From positions 11,968,001-12,032,000 of the forward strand of contig NW_024704743.1 of assembly GCF_018977255.1 (NCBI RefSeq): DNA of 64,000 nt, given 5' to 3'. How positions within the stretch are numbered: position 1 is the stretch's first letter; each line of letters opens with the position of its first letter. This DNA is from Callorhinchus milii (taxonomy: Eukaryota). Of the stretch, positions 51,401 to 62,465 are shown in pieces. The notes beneath the pieces are model-generated. The model saw nothing but the letters and a program-made list of their open reading frames with translations. It was not told the origin of the DNA and made no database searches. Position numbers and translations under genes: made by a program.

Positions 51401-51889
51401 GTTGAATTCATAGTCTAGGCTGACACTCTGTGACTGGCAATAGGAGGCTCTGAGTGTGGCCCATTTCACCTCCTTTTTTCTATCTTTTTTGTACAGCTCA
51501 GAAACAGGCCATTCACCCCTTCCAATCCAATTGGTGTTTATACTCTAATTGAGTACCGAATCCAGATCCTACACCTAGTCCCATATCCTGGTCTCTTCCC
51601 CATATCCCTCAACTTTATTCTCCATTAACGATGTGTCTACACCTCAGTACTCGCTCATTGACGGGCTGGGTTATGTGCTGCGTTTGTAAAGTAAACCCCA
51701 GATTTATCAGCTCATAAACGTTTGTCTGTCCCCGTTGGTTTATAAATTATGGTTTGAAATGTTTCCAAATTCCCAAAACACCCACTTGGCACCTTCCCAT
51801 GTTTGTTGGGAAGCAAACGGGGAAAACCAGTGGGATCTGTCTCTGGGTTGCAAACGTGCTGAGTTTAGCGCAGTTTCTGGAATTTTCAT

Positions 51890-52365
51890 TCGGTTTATTT
51901 TCTCGTTTTCTTTTTTTCTTTCTCTCTCATTCTCTCTCTTTCTCTTTCTTTTGTTTCGCCCACAAAATACACGAGTCAATTCAAGTTATAGTATATTCTG
52001 TGAAGTATTTGAAACACCTCAACGAAGTGATAAGGCACTATATCAAATGCATGGATTATTATTATTTCTCTCTTTCTATCTCACTTCCTTCATCCTTCCT
52101 TTTCTTCCTGTTTCTCTCCCTTACTATCTCTCTATCCCTTTCTCTCTTTTTTTCTTGTTTCTTTTTACTCCTTTCCACTTTATTCTCTTTTCATTACTCT
52201 TATCTTTCACTTTTTTCTCTTTTTGTGTTTCTCTCTCTCACTCTCGTTTTCTCTCTCTTTTCTTTCTTTCGACCCTTCCCCTCATTCTTTCTCTCTATCT
52301 CCCCTTTATTTCTCTTATTTTCTCACTCTCGCTCTTTTTCTCCCTCCCTTTCACTCTTTCTCTAA
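51890..52365 (+). repeat. CT-rich low-complexity tract interrupted by a SINE tail (about 51953-52065)
   Basis: Long T/C runs on both sides of a SINE 3' end. Confidence 0.9.
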
Positions 52366-54204
52366 TGCTTTGTAAAAATCTGTGCTTGATGTGGTGCTCA
52401 CTGCAGAGCGTTAAAAACCGTCACCTGAATTGCAAAGCTTTTCAGGTCTCCTGTGTTAATGAAAATTATTGTGTTCTAAGTCATCGCTCCTCTGCTCCCA
52501 TTCCCACTGTAAACCAAAACCAAATGGAACAAGCATATAGTGGAAAAGGTGACTTGTGTTTAGCAATTAATCTGGTGGCTTCAGTCGTAGATCTTAGTTT
52601 AATGTCTCATCTGAAGGATGGCACTTCCAATAATGCAGTACTCACCCAGTACAGCAATGGAGGGTCATAGTGCTGTCTGCCTGTTTGCGTTGATGTTAAG
52701 GATCGTACAGCACTATTAGAGTTACCCCCGGCCCGCACCTGGACGGGTACTAATTGGGAACATTGGGAACCTTGACTCGGGTGCAAATACAAATATAATT
52801 TGTTGTTGTTCAGTGCCTTGGGATATCCTTCTAATAGGAAAGACACTATATATAAATGTAACTTTGCTTTATATTGTATAGATAGGAGAAGGGAGATTTT
52901 ACCTGTTGTCTTGGCCAACAATACACCAGATAAAATTGGTTATTCATCTCATGGCTATTTGGCTGCTGCGTTTAGTTACAGAATATATAGTCATTCCACT
53001 TTACAGTAAATCCTGCAAAGCTCTGTATCAAATGTAAGGATTATTATGATAGTGCACTAGTAGGCTGTACGTAAAGTTTTTGGCTTCACAACGTAAGGAG
53101 GTTGCCTGGGCCCGAAAGGCAGTATGTCTCCGAGGGGGTCCTATAGAGTTATATAAAATGAGATGTAAATTCAACTGAGAAAATGAATCCAGAACAATAC
53201 TTTCAGAGATGCCAAGGCAGCAAGAGAAGAGAGCACAAGTTCAGGATTGTGAAGAACCAAGTTCAGGAAGGGAACCAGGAAGTATTTCTTTACACAGAGA
53301 GCAATCAACAGTTGGACTGAGTGACCAGGACACTGGATTGATGATGTAACAAAAGACGTTTGTGTGTTCATAATTGAGTTTGATGTAGTCCAGAGGACCT
53401 TTCAAACCGCTTCCCAGGATTTATGGCCAAATGTAGTGATTGTTTATAGTTGATGAGTATGGGAGCCAATTTACACACAGCAATATCCCACAAACAGCCA
53501 TGAAGTGAATGACTGATTTTATCCAGAGGGTTGTTGGCCAAGTCATCAGGAGAAACTGTCCTGCTTTTAACACCCTGGGATCTTTAATGTCCACCTGAAC
53601 AGGCACAGATGAGACATCAATTTCAACATCTCATCCGAAAGAAGGTGCCGCTGACAATGCAACGCCCACTAACAATACACGTCCTCCCTTTCATGCCTTG
53701 GGATGTCCTCCTGAAGTGAAAGGCGCTATACAAAGTAATATGTTGTTGATCCGTTTCTCCTGCCCCCCCACCCCGCAGCACTGTGGCTGAAGAGCCTTAA
53801 CCCAACCCTTGCTCCCATGGCTTTGCGATGAAACTGGCTCAATCCAGCTCACTGAGAAGAATGCATTGTGTGTGGATTCAAAAGCTGTGTGGGAGACGAG
53901 GGAGGCAGGCGGAGGGAGTGGGGGGGGGGGGGGGGTGTGGTGGTGGAAGGCTTATTCCACAGTTCTGTTTTCAAATGTTGTGCTGCTCTCTGTGACCTGG
54001 CACAACAGTATTGCTGTTCAAATGTTTGGAGAGAATGGGCAAAGTAAAATCCCTCAAACACTTATCCTGCTGCCTTTTCAAATGTTATTACAGTCTCATC
54101 CTCAATAGCCAGCCACTTGTGGCAAAGAGTTTCATGTTCCAAAAACCCTCTTGCACATCTCAACCTTCACCTTAACTCTCCCTGTGCCCAACCCAGTACT
54201 TAAC

Positions 54205-54645
54205 AATAAATAATAATAATAATAATAATAGTCCTTGCATTTGGCATAGTGCCTTATCACATTGACGAGATGTCTCAAAGTGCCTCACAAGATTTTACTG
54301 TGAAGTGTAGTGATTGTGTAGGCGAACCAGCAGCCAATTTGCACACAGCAGTATCCCACAAACAGCCAAGAAGTGAACGGCCAATTTTCTTAGGAGGATT
54401 GTTGGCCAGGACACCAGGAAGTTAGGTCACAAATCCTTTTTCGAAAACTGCCCTGGGATCTTTATCATTCACTTGAACAGATAGATACGACCTTGGTTTA
54501 ACGTCTTATCCGCAAAAATGGGCATCTCCAACAATGGCTCCCCCAGCACCGCACTGGAGTGTCAGCATAGACTATGCAAGACCAAAGCCCCAATATGGAG
54601 CTTGAACCACAACTTTTTGACTCAGAGGTGAGAATGCTACCAACT
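54205..54645 (-). mobile_element. DeuSINE whose first ~20 nt are displaced to 56581-56602 by the CR1 insertion
   Basis: Complete tail and body; the head breaks at ctaccaact and resumes as ccaactgatccaggctgacaca. Confidence 0.85.
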
Positions 54646-56575
54646 CATAGAATCATACAGCACAGAAAGAAGCCATTCGGCCCATCGTGTCTGCGCTGGC
54701 TCCGAAAAGAGCAATCCAACTCAATCCCACTGGCCCACTTTCTTTCCATAGCCCTGCAAACCTGTCCTCCCCAAATACCCATCTACTCTCTTAAAAGTTG
54801 TTATTGAACCGGCTTCCACTACCCTTTCAGGTAATGCATTCCAGATCCAAACAACTCGCTGGGTGAAATTTTTTTTCCTACCTTCCCCTCTGTTTCTTTT
54901 AACAACTATCTTAAATCAATGTCCTCGGGTTACTGACCCACATGCCAGTGGAAACAGTTTTTTCCGGTTCAACCTATCAAATCCTTTCACGATCTTGAAT
55001 ACCTCTATTGAATCCCCTCTTAATCTTCTCTGCTCTAGGGAGAATAATCCTAGTTTCACTAACCTTTCCTCATAACTAAGGTCCCTCATTCCTGGTACCA
55101 TCCTGGTAAACCTCCTTTGCACCCTCTCCAATGCCCTCGCATCATTCCTAAAGTGCGGTGCCCAGAACTGAACGCAGTACTCCAACTGAGGCCTAACCAG
55201 CATTTTATAAATATTACATAACCTCCTGACTTTTGAATTCTCTGCCCCTGTTTATAAAACCTAGTATCCCGTATGCTTTTTTAACAGCTTTATCTACCTG
55301 TCCTACCACCTTCAGAGATTTGCTTATGTGGACCCCCAGGTCTCTTTGTTCATTTGCCCCCTTTAAGATTGTACCATCAGCTTATATTGCCTCTCCTCAT
55401 TCGTTTTACCAAAATGCATCACTTCGCATTTCTCCACATTAAACCTCATCTGCCACGTTTCTGCCCATTTTACCAATCTGTCTAACTCATCTTGCAGTCT
55501 GGTGCTATCCTCCTCACCATTAACTACTTTTCCTAGCTTAGATTCGTCTGCAAATTTGGAAATTGTGCTCCCTATATCCTGATCCAGATCATTAATATAG
55601 ATCAGAAAGAGCAGTGGTCCCAATACCGGCCCCTGAGGGACACCACTACACACCTCTCTCCAGTCAGAAAAGCAACCGTTTACCACCACTCTCTGCTTTC
55701 TGTCTCCTAGCCAGTTCTGGATCCACGTTGCCACAGTCCCTTTAATACCATGGGCTTCTATTTTTTGTTTATAAGTCTCTTATGTGGCACTTTGTCAAAT
55801 GCCTTTTGAAAATCTAGATAAACTACGTCCACTGCTCTACCTTCATCTACTCTCTCAAGTCATTTCATCAAAAAATTCTATTAGGTTTGTCAGACACGAT
55901 CTGCCTTTAATAAATCCGTGTTGACTGTCCTTTATTAAACCATATTTTTCTAAGTGAGAAGTTATATTGTCCCGGATTATAGTCTCCAGAAGCTTCCCTA
56001 CTACTGATGTTAGGCTGATTGACCTGTAGTTCTCAGGTTTATCCTTCTGCCCCTTTTTGTACAGGGGAGTAACATTTGCAACCTTCCAGTCCTCTGGCAT
56101 CACTCCAGTGTCCAAAGAGGATTGAAAGATTGTGGCCAGAGGCCTCCGCTATTTCCACCCTTGCTTCCCTCAGTAACCTAGGATGCATCCCGTCCTGACT
56201 AGATGACTTATCTATGTTGAGCACCAACAGCCTAACCTAGTACCTCCTTTCTGTTGATTTTTATCATATCCAATTTCTGTTCACGCACCTGTGATATTGT
56301 GGCATTGTCTTCTTTTGTGAAGACAGTTGCAAAGTACTTATTTAGTACATCAGCCATGCCCTCTGCCTCAACAAGAAGATTTCCACTAGGGTCCCTATTT
56401 GGACCCACCCTACCTTTGACTAACTCTTAACATGTACTCTTGATATGCTTGTAAAATATCTTAGGGTTCCCTTTTCTGTTTCCTGCTAATCTTTTCTCAT
56501 ACAATCTTTTTGCCCCTCTTATTTCCCTTTTCACTTCTCCTCTGTACTTCCTATATTCTATTTGATTATCCTCAT
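54646..56575 (-). mobile_element. ~1.9 kb 5'-truncated CR1 LINE (RT domain) inserted in the tRNA-like head of a DeuSINE
   Basis: ORFs contain PEDWKVANVTPLYKKG, SQHGFIKGRSCLTNL, GVPQGPVLGPLLF, FADESKL and LEYCVQFWAPH. Probable TSD ccaact at 54640-54645 and 56581-56586. Confidence 0.95.
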
Positions 56576-56809
56576 CCCATCCAACTGATCCAGGCTGACA
56601 CATTACTTGTGCCCTTGCTACTGATTCAACAACCAGCGAGGAAAATCCTTTCAATATCTATCCTCCAGAAACCTTTCACAACTTTGAAAGACCCAGCTGC
56701 TCTGAAATTCCACATTACCTAAGCCAATAAAGCCATTTTATCTTAAATTTTAAGAATTGTAGAAAATTCCCTTTTTCTTCTGCAGTAAGAAGGAACCCTA
56801 ATTGAACCC

Positions 56810-57198
56810 TTATCTTATTGAAACATATAAGATTCTTAAAGGGCTGGATAAAGTAGACACTGAGGAACTGTTTCCCCTGGTAGGAGAATCAGGGGTCACA
56901 GTCTTAAAATTAAGGGTCAGCCTTTTAGAACAGAGTTGAGGAAACATTTCTTCACTCAGAGGATAGTGAATTTATGGCATTCACTACCCCAAAAAGCTGT
57001 AGATGTTCAATCCTTGAACATCTTCAAGGCTGAGACTGAAAGATTTTTNAAAAAACAGAGGGATTAGGGGATATGGGGATAGGGCAGGTAATTAGAGTTA
57101 GGTCTGAAGATCAGCCATGATCTTATCAAATGGCGGGGCAGGCTCGAGGGGCCGAATGGCCTACTCCTGCTCCTAATTCTTATGTTCTTATGTTCTTA
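56810..57198 (+). mobile_element. CR1 3' end, near-identical to 32166-32549 and with the same 5' junction
   Basis: Direct visual alignment; contains one N at 57049. Confidence 0.9.
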
Positions 57199-57386
57199 TA
57201 ATAATTTGGTCACTCAATCCAAGACTGTTTGTGGGACACTGCTGTGTACAATTCAAAACAATTCAAACACAAGTAATGTGTCAGCCTGGATTAGTTGGAT
57301 GGGATGGGCTGAGGATAATCAAATAGAATATAGCAAGGCTACCGTGTTTCGTCCACAAAATATACAGTCAATTCATTTTACAGTAT

Positions 57387-57836
57387 GCAAAATACTGCAG
57401 ATGCTGGAAATCTGAAACAAAAACAGAAGTTGTTGGGAACACTCAGCATCTATGGAGAAAGTCAACGTTTCGGATCCATGACCCTTCATCAGAACTGGGG
57501 CATGTTGGGAAGGAGAGGCTTTTAAGGGCTAACAGAGAGGGGGGAAGGAAGACAAAGGAGAAAATGGGGTAGAGGGCAGGGGATGGTGGGTTAAAGAGGT
57601 GTTAATGATGTAAAACAAAGGGGCGTGGGGGTTGCAACAAAGCAGGGGACTAGAAGTGTTATACTGCAGAATAAAGAGGGGGAAAGATTGCAGCAAAACA
57701 GGTAGACCAGAGGGAGAAAAGGTGCGACTGGGACTAAGGTGATGTGGTAATGGTCACAGAAGAGGGGGAGTGGAGGTGAGTTGTCATGTCTGAAATTGTT
57801 GAAATCAATAATGAGGCCAGAGGGCTGTATAAGCGT
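57387..57836 (-). mobile_element. Penelope-like retroelement 3' end (GIY-YIG C-terminus plus terminal region)
   Basis: Minus-strand peptide LIQPSGLIIDFNNF resembles the recalled Penelope C-terminal pattern TLQPxGLNxxF. The terminus gcaaaatactgcagatgctggaaatctgaa is one I recognise from shark Penelope-like ends. Confidence 0.78.
57460..57496 (-). ncRNA. Candidate minimal type I hammerhead ribozyme
   Basis: The minus strand reads AGUU-CUGAUGA-A-GGGUC-AUG-GAUCC-GAAAC-GUU-GACU: both catalytic core boxes, a 5-bp stem II, a 4-bp stem I and palindromic AACGUU at helix III. Confidence 0.65.
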
Positions 57837-57864
57837 ATAAGCTGTATAAGATCCTGTGGCAATG

Positions 57865-58370
57865 CTTGAAAAGAGAAGCGAGTTTCTTAATAAAAAATAA
57901 AATGTGGACGCGCTGTAGCCAGTAACAACAACAACAAAAACTTGCATTTATATAGCGCCCATCACACAGGGTAGCATCCCAGAGAGCTTGACAGTGGCGG
58001 AGCACGATGCCAGGGAAGGGCGGGTGACCGTAGGCACAGTCAAATAGGAAGGTCTTCAAGCATGACAGACAGGAAGGAAGGAAGGAAGGAAGGGAGGGAG
58101 GGGCAAGCCGGAGGTTTAGATGAAGAGTGTTCCAGAGTTTCGGGGAGTAGTGGCTGAAAGCGCGGCCACTAATGATGGAATGGAGGGCACTAGGGACATG
58201 CAGAAGGCGGGAGCCAGTTGAGTGGAGGCAGTGGGTTGGGGGGGTAAGCAGGTCACAGAGGTAGGGAGGTGCCAGGGCTTGAAGTGATTTGAAAATGAGT
58301 GAGAGGATCTTGAAATCGATTTGTTTGGTGATAGGGAGCCAGCAGAGCCTGGCTGGAACTGGTGTGACGT
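57865..58370 (-). mobile_element. L2 3' fragment (second subfamily)
   Basis: Tail caacaacaaaaacttgcatttatatagcgcccatcacacagggtagcatcccagagagc; similar to 12405-12800. Confidence 0.82.
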
Positions 58371-58716
58371 GGGTAAAAAGTTTAGTATGGATCGAATAGG
58401 GAGATCGAATAGGGAGTTTAGAAGGAACTTCTTCACGCAGAGAATGGTGATAATGTGGAACTCAATGCCAGACACTGTGGTTGAAGTAAACAGAATCAAT
58501 GTATTTCAGAGAAAACCTGAAGGATACATGAGGGAGAATGGAACAGAAGGCAAACAGGGTTTCTGGCGAGGGATGTAAGCTTGTAGGGAGCATAAACATT
58601 GCACGGATCAGATGGGCTGAATGGCCTGTTTCCATGCTGTATCACTATGTATCTGTGTAAAATTGTGTATTATTTCTGAATGAAAGCTCCTAATCCCTGT
58701 TGTTCTTTCACTGCAG

Positions 58717-58879
58717 CAATGTGCGTACTGCAAGCGACTGGGAGCCACCATCAGCTGCTCGGACGCCCAGTGCAGCCAGCGGTATCACTACCCCTGTGCT
58801 GCCGGGGCTGGGACATTCCAAGACATCAGGGCCCTGTGTCTCCTCTGCCCGGAACACATCGACCAAGCTCCTGAAAGAT
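58717..58879 (+). CDS. KMT2C: KMT2C coding exon (exon 7 equivalent), ePHD1 C-terminal half: QCAYCKRLGATISCSDAQCSQRYHYPCAAGAGTFQDIRALCLLCPEHIDQAPER
   Basis: ctgcag| acceptor and T|gtgagt donor; 163 nt, phase 0 to phase 1. This frame is absent from the ORF track and was translated by hand. YHYPCAAGAGTFQD and LLCPEHIDQAPER match KMT2C. Confidence 0.96.
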
Positions 58880-59298
58880 GTGAGTTAGCGGTTTCCTTCT
58901 AATCTACTCAATCATAAATGATCTGATATGTAGCACTCTGGGACTCTACCCTGCATGAGGAGTGCTATATAAATGCAAGTTGTTATAATCTCCAGTATAA
59001 CCCTCTACTCCTGTTGCTCGATTGCCATGACCACGGTTAAAACACACAACGTGATGCTTAAGCCAATTTTGTTAGGATGACATAACATGTTAGGTATTTG
59101 ACAAAATGTGCACATTTGTCAATAGAGATGGGATTGCCTCTTTTGACCAAGGCTATTGTCAAGTGCTTTGTGTTGTGTTGTTTGTTTGTCAGTTTGGCTC
59201 AGTTGGTCCCACTCTCATCTCTGAATCAGAAGGTTGTGGGTTCAAGACCCATGTCGGGAATTGGAACTCATATAGTAGACTGGAGTAGCACTACATTA

Positions 59299-59480
59299 CT
59301 GGGCTGGACTGACCCGGCTAGGCTGGCCCTGGCTGGGCTGACCCGAGCTGGGCTGGGCTGACTCGGGCTGGGCTTGGCTGACCTGGGCTCGGCTGAGCTG
59401 ACTCGGGCTAAGATGGGATGGGCTGAGTTGACCTGGGCTGCGATGGGATGGGTTGAGCTGGGCTGAGCTGAGGGGAGCTG
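59299..59480 (+). repeat. GGGCT/GAGCT pentamer minisatellite with a partial 20-bp higher-order period, inside a DeuSINE
   Basis: ggctgggctgacccgagctg / ggctgggctgactcgggctg / ggcttggctgacctgggctc / ggctgagctgactcgggcta. Confidence 0.9.
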
Positions 59481-59549
59481 TACACATTATTTTGGTGCAT
59501 TTATGTCAAGCGTTTTTCCATATAAAGTCCAGCACCTTGAGATGCCCTC

Positions 59550-59920
59550 CAAGGCCTTGCTCCTTCCTACCTCTGTGACCTGTTAACCTCATATCAGCCT
59601 GTCCATTCCCTCCACTCAGCAGGCTCTGGCCTGCTCCACATTCCCCGGCCAGCCCGCTTGCCCCACCTCCGGCGGTCGGGCTACCAGCTTCTCTGCCATC
59701 ACCCTTTGGAATCCATCCAACAGTCCCTTCGCCTTGCTCCCTCCCTTGCCTCCTTCAAGGCACATCTCAAAAACCTACTCTTCGACTGCACATTCAGCCA
59801 CCCTCCCACGCTCCCTGATCCCAACCCCCTGCTCGGGTCCAATTCCCTGACTGTCCAGCGCCTTGGACTTCCTCCCAACTTGAAAGGCGCTATACAAATG
59901 TAATTTGTTGTTATTGTTGT
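59550..59920 (+). mobile_element. L2 3' fragment ending ~30 nt upstream of the exon 8 acceptor
   Basis: SLRLAPSLASFKAHLKNLLFD remnant and the shared tail. Confidence 0.86.
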
Positions 59921-59951
59921 CCTAATGTTTGCTCTCGTTTGGTCTCTCCAG

Positions 59952-60123
59952 CCATGGAGGAAGCAAACTGCGCTGTTTGCGACAGCCCGGGTGAGCTCTC
60001 GGACCAACTGTTCTGTACCAGCTGTGGGCAGCACTACCATGGAGGGTGCCTCGACATTGTGGTGACGCCGCTGAAACGTGCCGGGTGGCAATGCCCCGAG
60101 TGCAAAATCTGCCAGACATGCAG
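59952..60123 (+). CDS. KMT2C: KMT2C coding exon (exon 8 equivalent), PHD2: MEEANCAVCDSPGELSDQLFCTSCGQHYHGGCLDIVVTPLKRAGWQCPECKICQTCR
   Basis: ctccag| acceptor and AG|gtaagc donor; 172 nt, phase 1 to phase 2. C4HC3 PHD finger with the KMT2C motif TPLKRAGWQCPECK. Confidence 0.97.
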
Positions 60124-60224
60124 GTAAGCCAGGGGGGCGACAGTGTGAGCAATCCAGTCAAGGTGAAGTTACAGTGGGAGTCCATTTGGGATATTCTGGG
60201 GCTCACTCTGCTCACTTGAGCGAT

Positions 60225-61050
60225 TGTTTGCCAGAGCCCGTTGAGCGGAGGGAGTGGTAGGTGGTTAGGAGGTCACAGAGGTAGGGAGGAGCAAAGTCGT
60301 GGAAGGCTTTGAAAGTGAGGACCAGGATCTTGAACTGAATGATGGGGAACCAGTGGAGTCGGGTGAGGATGGGGGTGATAAGGTCACAGAGCCTGTGGTG
60401 GAAGAGGACATGGCTGCAGAGTTCTGATGACCTGCAGCCTGTGGAGGGAGGAGTTGGGGAGGCCGACAAGCAGGGAGTTGGCGTAGTCGATCCTGGATGT
60501 GATGATCGCGTGGATGAGGGTCTCGGCGGCCTGCGATAAGAGACAGTGGTGGAGCTGGGCAATATTGTGGACATGGGGAAAGGCAGAGCGGGTCATGGCA
60601 CGGACGTGGGATATGAAGGACAGTTTGAGGGTCGAACAGTATGCCAAGGTTCCATATAGGCTCCATGAGATGCAGAGTGCATTCATGAAAAGTGATGCTG
60701 TCAGCGCCAGAGGTATGGAGGTGCAGAGGAGAACCAATATCCTCGGTTTTGTGGATATTCAACTGGAGGAAGTTAGCTCTCGTCCAGGATTTGATGTACG
60801 ACAGGCAGTCTGTGAGGGTAGCATTGGTCCTGGAGTCGAGGGTGGAGGCAGAGAGGTAGAGTTGGGTGTCATCCTCATACGTGTGGAAGTTGACCCCATG
60901 TCTACGGATGATGTCACCAAGGGGAGAGCATGTAGATGTTGAAAAGGAGAGGACCAAGGACAGAGCCCTGAGGAACTCCACACATGACGGTTCGGGAGCT
61001 GGAGATGAAGCTGTTAGTGGAGACAAAGTGTAGACATAGGAGAGGTAGAA
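60225..61050 (-). mobile_element. Degenerate L2 RT/C-terminal fragment
   Basis: ORF 60265-61026 has [24 protein letters not shown] 60384-60737 has ITSRIDYANSLLVGLP. Confidence 0.9.
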
Positions 61051-62116
61051 TTTGAAGGCAACGGCAGGTCCATAAAGGTTAAGCTGAGCAAACTGAGAAT
61101 TCCATTCATCCCTACTTAGTTAATTCGAGAAAGTATTAACCAACTGCAAAGCGGAGTCCTGTTATTGGTTGGAGAATCTCACCTCGCAAGCGAGAGGACC
61201 CAGGTTCGATTCCTGGATAGGACTAAACCTAGGCAAGTTTCCTTACTCCAGACATCTCTGTTTACCTAACAGTAAGTAGGAACCCAGTTGTTAATCGGTT
61301 GGCTGATCGCTTTCCAGGGTTAGTAATCTCTTAAAATAAAATCCCGTCACTCACTCCATGACTGTTGGTGTGCGCAATTGGCTGCTGCGTTTTGCCCACA
61401 AAATATACAGTCAATTCACTTTGAGGCGTCTCAATGATGTGAGATGCAAGAATTATTATTATATATAAGTTTAAAAACCTCAATCAAATCACAGTTCCAG
61501 TTCCTCCAGTCTCCACTCATAGGCCTATGAGTATCATCTAAGTAAATTTCCAGTATCATCTAAGTAAATTTCCTCTCTGCATCCCCTCTGTTGCCTTGAT
61601 GCCTTTCCTAAAGTGGAGTGACCAATACTGGCTGACCAGTCTGTCATCAGCAGTGCCCCCCCACCCTCACCCTACTTGCCTCAGTTAAAGTTCCTCTCAA
61701 GACCTACCTCTTTGACCACACCTTCAAGTACCTTTCCCTCCCCACCCCTATCAATTCTCATCGGGTACCAAGTCAGGATAGTCAAGCACCTTGGGACATC
61801 CTCCCATTGTGAAAGTTGCTGTAGAAATATAAAATTATTGTTATACTTTGGACCCTCCTGGCTCAGGAACCAGATGACTGAGACAGGAGTGACTCGATTC
61901 CAAGACTCACTTGCTGATGTCAGGGCATTTCAAGGGAGCGTTGCATGCAACATGGTGCATAGTCCTGACGGCTGCTGTTCTGTTTTGCAAGAAAACCCTT
62001 TTGTATTAACATTTACAAGGTTAAGCCTCTGTTTACCTAGCAACACGTAGGAACTCAGTTATTTGTCGATTGGTGGATTGTTTTCCAATAATCCCTGCCC
62101 CACCCCCACCCCGCTT

Positions 62117-62465
62117 CAACAACAACAACAAAAAAATTACATTTATAGAGCGCCTTTCACGTCGGGAGGACGTCCCAAAGCGCTGAACAGTCAGGTGTTG
62201 GGGCACGAGCGTGGGGGAGGGGTGGTATAGGGCTGAGGGAAGGCAGAGAGGTGGGAGGGAGACCAAAGGCACGGTCGAAGAGAAAGGTCTTGAGACCGGC
62301 CTTGAAGGAGGCAAGGATGAAGCGAGGCGAAGGGACCGTGGGATGGAGTTCCAGAGTGTGGGGGCAGAGAGGCTAAAAGCCCGGCACCAATGGTAGGGCG
62401 GGTCGGGCGGGAGAGATAGAGCAGGCCGGAGCCCGATGAACGGAGGGAGCGGGCAGGTTGGTAGG
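62117..62465 (-). mobile_element. L2 3' fragment (young family) nested in a SINE
   Basis: caacaacaac...gagcgcctttcacgtcgggaggacgtcccaaagcgctg. Confidence 0.87.

Noticed and set aside
51735..52670. 311-aa F/S/L-rich ORF that looks like a membrane protein
   Set aside because: It is a translation of a CT-rich low-complexity tract plus SINE pieces.
59299..59480. CRISPR-like periodicity
   Set aside because: There are no unique spacers, the context is eukaryotic, and it is a simple pentamer array.
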